DNA from: an uncultured virus (IMG/VR IMGVR_UViG_3300033066_000375)
Taxonomy: Duplodnaviria > Heunggongvirae > Uroviricota > Caudoviricetes
IMG/VR virus record: IMGVR_UViG_3300033066_000375
Direction: 5' to 3' (one strand)
DNA length: 20,000 nucleotides
Made by a program: the position numbers and the translations under genes. Shown one piece after another: positions 14,227 to 20,000 of the stretch. Under the pieces are notes generated by a model, which was given only the letters and a program-made list of their open reading frames with translations, did no database searches and had not been told where the DNA came from. Every line of letters starts with the position of its first letter. Position 1 is the stretch's first letter.

Positions 14227-15126
14227 ATGAAACTACAACATTTATATGAAGCCATAAGCATATCACATTATTATAATGACATCAAAAATGTCATTCAGAT
14301 GGGCATTGATTTTAACATCAGAAAATTAAACGAGATTCATGGTAAATTTAATGTATTTGGTATAAAATCCGCTGAAACCCTTAAACAGTTTATTGAAGGA
14401 AACTTATTTTATAATTTGGAATATAATTTAAAGAAAACTATTAAGTCTATAGTTAAAAATGAAACCGGAAAGTACGTACCAGTAGAAGTAGAATTTCAAG
14501 ATATTAAAGGTGGTATATGTCACGATATGTTAATAGGTCTAAGTTTCTCATATTGTGAGAAAATGGTCGCAGACTTATTTCATGTTATAGTTGAAATGGT
14601 TGACGAAGACTGCGATAGTCATGATATACATAAATGTCTGGTTGATTTCTCATTCGAAAATGAGAGAATAATGGTATCCGAATTATCAGATAAAGAGAAT
14701 ATAGATAATTTTATTAATACCGTGTTGCACGAAGTAGTACATCTAATTCAAAATGTTAAACAAGATCATAGATCAAATACGGAATATAGATCATATTTAA
14801 ACACAGACAAAAAACAATTCCTTGACTCAATGGGTAGAATTCTTAAAGGAACTAATGACGAGCAAGATAACAAATTATATTATGCTAGTCCACAGGAAAT
14901 CGCTGCGTATTCTCATAACATTGCAATAAACATCATAAAAAACAATAACTTAGATAAGAAAAATGAAAAAATATCTAGTAATGAAATCACACATTATGTT
15001 AATGCATATTTAGATGATATTTTTAAAAATAAATCAGATCCAAAAATAAAAAAGGTCTATAACAGATATTATAAATTAGTTTATTTAGAATTACAAAGAT
15101 TTTTAGAAAAAACCCATAAAACTTAG
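14227..15126 (+). CDS. Zincin-like metallopeptidase-domain protein with leader MKLQHLYE; paralog of 6240-7076
   Basis: VLHEVVHLIQ and YYASPQEIAAYSHNIA. Confidence 0.8.
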   Translation: MKLQHLYEAISISHYYNDIKNVIQMGIDFNIRKLNEIHGKFNVFGIKSAETLKQFIEGNLFYNLEYNLKKTIKSIVKNETGKYVPVEVEFQDIKGGICHDMLIGLSFSYCEKMVADLFHVIVEMVDEDCDSHDIHKCLVDFSFENERIMVSELSDKENIDNFINTVLHEVVHLIQNVKQDHRSNTEYRSYLNTDKKQFLDSMGRILKGTNDEQDNKLYYASPQEIAAYSHNIAINIIKNNNLDKKNEKISSNEITHYVNAYLDDIFKNKSDPKIKKVYNRYYKLVYLELQRFLEKTHKT

Positions 15127-15824
15127 TTACACACTCCATTCCCATCTACCGTTTTGAAACGAAAGTATGACAAATGATTTACATAATCAACCATTGCTAC
15201 TAATGGATTTTTAGTATTCCCAATTTCATATACAAAAGTTCTTGAATAGATTGCTGTTGGGTTCCTTTGTGTCATATTTTCATGAATCCAGAAATATGGA
15301 GAATCTTGTTGTGTTTGCGTGACTACGCTATAATTATAATAAGATCCAGCCACAAACGCTGGATCACATGGATAATCACTACAATAAGTAAATTTTCCCA
15401 CAGTCGAATTGTTAACATAAGAGGTGTTGGAAGGGATAATACTATTAGTAAATATTGGAGATGGTTGATACTCTTGAACGCCAAATACATAAGTTGGAAA
15501 TCCATTTTTATCAGAATGGATAGCATATTCAGCTAATACTTTAATATTGTCCACAGTCTTCTCATATACACTCATATGCCCAGTTTGTATATTTGGTAAT
15601 GAGACTGCTGGATTACTAGCGTCAGAAGTAGTATATCTTAATATTAACTGCTTATCACCAACATCGTATATTACATCTTGTAACCAAAATCCAAGCACAT
15701 ATTTGTTACTTTTAGTATCAAAAGCACAATATGGTGTTCTTACCATAGTGGAAAATATAGCATCGTTTGTGGTAAATTGACTTGACGCTAGTAATAACAC
15801 ACATAATAATATTTTTGATAACAT
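15123..15824 (-). CDS. Exported/periplasmic protein with signal peptide (233 aa)
   Basis: MLSKILLCVLLLASSQ hydrophobic N-terminus, several Cys, beta-rich composition. CATAAATA lies upstream on the minus strand (15843-15850). Confidence 0.8.
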   Translation of the reverse strand: MLSKILLCVLLLASSQFTTNDAIFSTMVRTPYCAFDTKSNKYVLGFWLQDVIYDVGDKQLILRYTTSDASNPAVSLPNIQTGHMSVYEKTVDNIKVLAEYAIHSDKNGFPTYVFGVQEYQPSPIFTNSIIPSNTSYVNNSTVGKFTYCSDYPCDPAFVAGSYYNYSVVTQTQQDSPYFWIHENMTQRNPTAIYSRTFVYEIGNTKNPLVAMVDYVNHLSYFRFKTVDGNGVCN

Positions 15825-15842
15825 AGGTAATCACTTTTTCAT

Positions 15843-15876
15843 TATTTATGTCTACTGATTTGTTCCATGATAAATA
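15843..15876. promoter_or_regulatory. Divergent pair of late promoters: CATAAATA (-, 15843-15850) and GATAAATA (+, 15869-15876)
   Basis: Each lies about 18-19 nt before its start codon (15824 on -, 15896 on +). Confidence 0.7.
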
Positions 15877-15895
15877 TTTCTATTTGGGGAATAAT

Positions 15896-16801
15896 ATGAA
15901 ATTTTTACAATATCTTTTGCATAATCAGTTAGATGAGTCATTTAAATTATTTAAAGACGAAACTATTAAACATTATCCAATGCAAAATATCGAAAAAGAA
16001 GTCGATGCGACTATTAATTCTTTTAAAGCAGCAGTATCAAAAGGTTTCTTAACTGGTCAAGAAAAAGATATTAATTATTGGCGTAAAAATGGTGGGTTTA
16101 GTGCATTGCACGATAAATTGTTAGCCACATCTAATAACATGTCAAAAAGAGAAGGTAAAATATTAGCCAAAAAAGCTGATGTTATACAACTAACCGATAC
16201 CCCTAATTATAATGTGATAATACCATTATCACCAGAAGCCGCCAGAATGTATGGGGCTGGAACTAAATGGTGTGTTTCTTCTAAAGATCCAGATCATTTT
16301 AATAATTATTTCGCGAATTATAATACTCTTGGTAGATTGGTTATAATATTTTTACCGAAAACTAAAGAGTTACCTAAACTTGCCGCAGCTATTATATCTG
16401 ATAAAGAAATTATTTTATACGATGATACTGATACACAAGTCAATGAAAGCAAATTTAATGAAATGCTGGGTGATAATATATCAAAAATAGAATCATTAGC
16501 TAGATCACATATGAAACAAAAAGACGATGCAATATTAAAACTAGCTAAAACCAATAGATTTTTAGCAATTAAATTAGTAGAAGCTAAACAAATAGATCCA
16601 GAAAACGTGAAAGATGTATTATTATCTGATATTACTGGGGCAATAATATATTTACAATTTGGTGGAAAAGATTATGAAGCTGTTAAACAAAAAATACCAT
16701 TAAAAGGTAGTTTAAACTTAGGTCGTATACTCAGGCATATGCCTAAAGGAACATGGCCAGAAGCTGAACAAGCTTATTTTGATTTTGTAAAGGAGATGTA
16801 A
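15896..16801 (+). CDS. GTKWC-motif (PcfJ-like) protein with leader MKFLQYLLHNQLDE; paralog of 9111-9998
   Basis: Start reassigned from 15848 to 15896 (GGGGA RBS, late promoter). Confidence 0.85.
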   Translation: MKFLQYLLHNQLDESFKLFKDETIKHYPMQNIEKEVDATINSFKAAVSKGFLTGQEKDINYWRKNGGFSALHDKLLATSNNMSKREGKILAKKADVIQLTDTPNYNVIIPLSPEAARMYGAGTKWCVSSKDPDHFNNYFANYNTLGRLVIIFLPKTKELPKLAAAIISDKEIILYDDTDTQVNESKFNEMLGDNISKIESLARSHMKQKDDAILKLAKTNRFLAIKLVEAKQIDPENVKDVLLSDITGAIIYLQFGGKDYEAVKQKIPLKGSLNLGRILRHMPKGTWPEAEQAYFDFVKEM

Positions 16802-16805
16802 GTAT

Positions 16806-17267
16806 ATGATTAAGTTTACAGATTTTTTACAAGAAAAACAATTACTTACAGAAAAAACTATTATACAAGAAATGACTGCGATGCAGCTGTCCACGCTATA
16901 TAATGTATTACAGCGCATGCTTAAAAGTTATAAGATTAATCTGGTCACTACTACTCACAGCTTACAAAGATTTTTATTAAGTAAAGATATGGAAAGAGCC
17001 AGTATAGACGCATTAAATTTCTACGAAACAATGAAAAAGTTTTGTGAAAATCAAGGAAATAATTTCATAAGATATCGTCAAAAGCAAAAAGAATACATTG
17101 CTGTTATAACGAATAATACATCGAAACTGAATATCGTTGTATCAATAGATTATGATAAGAAACCAGAATTAAATAACATGCATAATATGAAAATAATTAC
17201 AGCAATGATTAAGAACAATTTTGGCTCAGATCACTATCCAACATCCATAAGAGTGAGTATAGATTAA
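16806..17267 (+). CDS. Hypothetical protein with leader MIKFTDFLQEKQLLTE
   Basis: AAGGAG RBS. THSLQR ... KIITAM pattern. Confidence 0.85.
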   Translation: MIKFTDFLQEKQLLTEKTIIQEMTAMQLSTLYNVLQRMLKSYKINLVTTTHSLQRFLLSKDMERASIDALNFYETMKKFCENQGNNFIRYRQKQKEYIAVITNNTSKLNIVVSIDYDKKPELNNMHNMKIITAMIKNNFGSDHYPTSIRVSID

Positions 17268-17268
17268 T

Positions 17269-17523
17269 ATGACAACTAATAAACAATACCTTTTAATACC
17301 TTTAGGCATATCATTTGACAACTTAGTAGATGCTGCTATAGTAGCAACTAAGCGTGAGAACATTGGCAATACTGTACATGATACTATTAATGATAGAGAA
17401 ATTGATAGAAAAGAACTAATTAAAATAGTAAAATCTTTAAATAAAAAGAAATCAGTGGAAGCTCCAGTTCAACAAAGTTTTTTTGACAGTGAATTTAAAC
17501 TATTACCATTATTAATAAAATGA
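17269..17523 (+). CDS. Hypothetical protein (84 aa)
   Basis: Tightly coupled between its neighbours. Confidence 0.7.
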   Translation: MTTNKQYLLIPLGISFDNLVDAAIVATKRENIGNTVHDTINDREIDRKELIKIVKSLNKKKSVEAPVQQSFFDSEFKLLPLLIK

Positions 17524-18005
17524 TATACGACATACTAAAATATCCAGATCCAAGATTGAAAATTATTGCATCAGAAATAAAAAATGATGAATTCAATCAA
17601 GATCTATTTAATATTGTTAGAAATATGTATGAAACCATGTACGCTATGCACGGAGTAGGTCTAGCTGCTACTCAAGTTGGTATACATAAACAAATTATAG
17701 TAACAAATGTCGATGGAACTGAACGCACATTTATAAATCCTAACATATTCTTTTTAGATGATGAAACTAAAAAATTTACCGAAGGATGTTTATCATTTCC
17801 TGGCGTAAAGATTGAAAAAGAACGTCCTAAAAATGTTTCTTTAGAATATAGAGAAGTAGATGGGATGTTTAAAGAAATTCACTGCGATGGGCTTTTAGCC
17901 GTTTGTGTACAGCACGAAATAGATCACCTGAATGGTAGTCTCTTTATAGATGATCTTGGTGAATTTAAAAAACAAAGAATTTTACAAAAATATTTTAAAA
18001 CTTAA
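17520..18005 (+). CDS. def: Peptide deformylase
   Basis: All three PDF motifs are present: GVGLAATQVG, EGCLSFPG, QHEIDHLNG. Confidence 0.97.
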   Translation: MIYDILKYPDPRLKIIASEIKNDEFNQDLFNIVRNMYETMYAMHGVGLAATQVGIHKQIIVTNVDGTERTFINPNIFFLDDETKKFTEGCLSFPGVKIEKERPKNVSLEYREVDGMFKEIHCDGLLAVCVQHEIDHLNGSLFIDDLGEFKKQRILQKYFKT

Positions 18006-18219
18006 AAATTCTGTCCGTCGATATACCTTCATTACGTTGAAATGGATGCAACTGCACGCCAGTCACATCTTTAAGTAATTGAATTACGCCAGCACTATCA
18101 CCATTTCTTATGAATTGCTTCATTAATAATTTTTGCTCATCAGTAGCAGCACGTTGAAACTGCACAAACTCCATAAATCCAAGATTCCCTGGATATGATG
18201 CCTCGTCGATTTTATTCAT
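17995..18219 (-). CDS. Small late protein (74 aa; MNKIDE leader, ASYPGNLGFMEF motif)
   Basis: Exact TATAAATA at 18241-18248 on the minus strand, and a GGGA RBS. Confidence 0.8.
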   Translation of the reverse strand: MNKIDEASYPGNLGFMEFVQFQRAATDEQKLLMKQFIRNGDSAGVIQLLKDVTGVQLHPFQRNEGISTDRIFKF

Positions 18220-18240
18220 TATCTAATCCCTAATTAAGTT

Positions 18241-18248
18241 TATTTATA
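18241..18248 (-). promoter_or_regulatory. T4-type late promoter TATAAATA
   Basis: TATTTATA on + strand, 21 nt before ATG 18219 (-). Confidence 0.8.
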
Positions 18249-18255
18249 TTGCCTA

Positions 18256-18284
18256 TTGCATAAGTTGGTAAGATGTAGTATTAT
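18256..18284 (+). promoter_or_regulatory. sigma70-type promoter for RNA ligase
   Basis: TTGCAT - 17 nt - TATTAT, with a GAGGA RBS downstream. Confidence 0.6.
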
Positions 18285-18320
18285 TTGCTTTCTTAAACAA
18301 TTACTGTAGAGGATAAAAAT

Positions 18321-19637
18321 ATGTTAAGTACAAAAAATACAGGCTCAAATTACTTAGCCCAAGTCGTAAAAATTCAAAACTTGCGTAAGCATTCTAATGC
18401 TGATCGTCTTCAGTGCGTATCTATACAAGGTAATAATGTTATTACTGGTTTAGACGCAAAAGATGGTATGATCTATGTATACTTTCCTTTGGAATGTAAG
18501 ATTAATTCTAATTTTCTTTCACACACTAATTCATTCCGTGATAAGACTTTGAACAAAGATCAAAATGTTGTTGGTTTTTTTGATGATTCTGGACGAGTAA
18601 AAGCCGTAAAGTTACGTAATGAGAAGTCTGAAGGGTACATAGTACCTGCTTATGTAATAGAATCTTGGATTAAATCTACTCACGATATGACAATTGATCT
18701 ATCGAAATTCGTTAATCAAGAATTTGATACAATTGGTACTGTTTTATTATGTGAAAAATATATTATTAATCGTCGCAATCAAGGCGGTGAAAATGCTGGT
18801 AAGATCAAGAAACAAGATAAGAAAAAGCGTTTCACTAAATTGATCTCAAATCAATATTCATTAGCTGAAGATACGAATCATCTGAAAAAGAATATCCACA
18901 GAATATCACCAGACGATAATATTACAATCGCATATAAAATGCATGGGTGTAATATTTCTATGGGTAATGTCTTGTGCAATAAACCACTAAAATGGTATGA
19001 GAAGATTTTAAAGAAAATTGGAGTAAATGTTGTTGACACTGAATATGATGTCATTTATGCGTCAAGAAAAGTGATAAAAAATCAATTCATTTACAATGAT
19101 ACTCAACACTATTACGATGTTGATATTTGGGGTGAAATTTGTAACAAATATAAAAATTCTCTACAAGACGGAATAAGCATTCATGGTGAAATCGTCGGGC
19201 AACTTCCAAATGGAAAGTACATTCAATCAAAATATGATTATGGTATCGGGGAAGGCAAGGCTGATTTATTCGTATATAGAATGTTTTACAAGTCTCCATC
19301 TGGTAAAGTATTTGAGTTTAATACTGATCAAATGGTTGCGTATTGTAATCAGCATGGACTTAAAACTGTACCAATTTTCTTTAATGGAAAAGCAAAAGAT
19401 TTGTTTGATATCAGTGTTACGGAACATTGGCACCAGAATTTCTTACAGAAATTGATGGAAACATATAATGAGAAGGACTGCTTTATGTGTAAGAATAAAG
19501 TTCCAGAAGAAGGTATCTGTTTGATTTTAAACAGTAAAAATTCTTTTGAAGCTTTCAAATTAAAATCATTTAGATTCTTACAACACGAAACGGAAGAGCT
19601 AGATAAAGGCACCGAAAATATAGAAGATGAAGTATAA
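18321..19637 (+). CDS. RNA ligase, DRB0094 (Rnl5-like) family with N-terminal OB-fold
   Basis: N-terminal HSNADRL...VYFP...RVKAVKLRNEKSEG OB-type domain. Nucleotidyltransferase motifs YKMHGCN (I), HGEIVG (III), EEGIC (IV), FKLKS (V). Confidence 0.88.
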   Translation: MLSTKNTGSNYLAQVVKIQNLRKHSNADRLQCVSIQGNNVITGLDAKDGMIYVYFPLECKINSNFLSHTNSFRDKTLNKDQNVVGFFDDSGRVKAVKLRNEKSEGYIVPAYVIESWIKSTHDMTIDLSKFVNQEFDTIGTVLLCEKYIINRRNQGGENAGKIKKQDKKKRFTKLISNQYSLAEDTNHLKKNIHRISPDDNITIAYKMHGCNISMGNVLCNKPLKWYEKILKKIGVNVVDTEYDVIYASRKVIKNQFIYNDTQHYYDVDIWGEICNKYKNSLQDGISIHGEIVGQLPNGKYIQSKYDYGIGEGKADLFVYRMFYKSPSGKVFEFNTDQMVAYCNQHGLKTVPIFFNGKAKDLFDISVTEHWHQNFLQKLMETYNEKDCFMCKNKVPEEGICLILNSKNSFEAFKLKSFRFLQHETEELDKGTENIEDEV

Positions 19638-19638
19638 T

Positions 19639-19669
19639 AGATTGGGCGGGAAACCGCCCAATCTTATTT
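19639..19669 (+). terminator. Rho-independent terminator
   Basis: AGATTGGGCGG-GAAA-CCGCCCAATCT followed by TATTT. Confidence 0.9.
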
Positions 19670-19727
19670 GACTTTGCCGAAAACAACATGTAGTATTCAC
19701 TAACAATAAGGAATTATATACCAAACT

Positions 19728-20000
19728 ATGAGCAATGAAAATTACTTAGTATCTGGAGAAGGTTTTATTTCACGTTTTACTTATCGTGACGCATATAAAA
19801 CCGCTTACACAAATGTTTACGATTTGGATAATGTCGAAAATTTATCATTAGATGATGTGCGTGATATTATAAATCTCATAGCAACCAAACATGGTACTTA
19901 TAGACTATTAAGTGAAATGCGCATGGATGTCATACCATCAGAGACTGATAATTTTGAATATGATGAGGAAGAGCTATCGGATATTTCTAGTAGAAAGTTT
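19728..20000 (+). CDS. Hypothetical protein, 3'-truncated (MSNENYLVSGEGFISRF...)
   Basis: Open for 91 codons to the window end. AAGGA upstream and a TTGACT-N17-TAGTAT candidate promoter (19668-19696). Confidence 0.7.
   Translation, partial: MSNENYLVSGEGFISRFTYRDAYKTAYTNVYDLDNVENLSLDDVRDIINLIATKHGTYRLLSEMRMDVIPSETDNFEYDEEELSDISSRKF

Noticed and set aside
15848..15895. Upstream start for the GTKWC paralog
   Set aside because: It lies upstream of the late promoter. ATG 15896 has the RBS and the leader motif.
1..20000. Stop-codon reassignment (seen in some large phages)
   Set aside because: Genes are full length and tightly packed under the standard code, and TAA, TGA and TAG all end plausible genes.

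Overview
Bacteriophage DNA, most likely from a large T4-like/jumbo myovirus. It shows T4-type late promoters (TATAAATA/NATAAATA), T4 internal-protein-like N-terminal leaders, peptide deformylase, a DRB0094-type RNA ligase, an HslV-like protease and an HNH endonuclease. The window has two compositionally distinct halves. (1) About 1-5830 is visibly GC-richer and holds small + strand early-type genes, almost each with its own promoter. Four promoters are sigma70-type (-35 TTGACN/TTGCAC). Eight others replace the -35 with an 11-bp-period direct repeat RTTCAG-N5-RTTCAG placed 10-11 nt before the -10, the architecture of an OmpR/PhoB-family (PhoP-like) activator box. Four of those eight drive no obvious CDS, and three of these share a conserved AAAATGGG-N5-GGTCGG element. 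An AT-rich HNH gene with a late promoter is inserted antisense. (2) After a repeat-rich non-coding junction (about 5830-6200) the DNA is AT-rich. It is dominated by about 13 late-promoter ORFs sharing a short MK..(L/I)xE leader, a putative capsid-targeting/prohead-protease-cleaved propeptide. The leaders are fused to diverse domains (zincin peptidases, a kinase, a HhH-glycosylase-like protein, a ParB-like protein, GTKWC proteins), with three paralog pairs. This is a candidate arsenal of head-packaged, co-injected effectors. No database searches were run; all family calls come from motif recognition.
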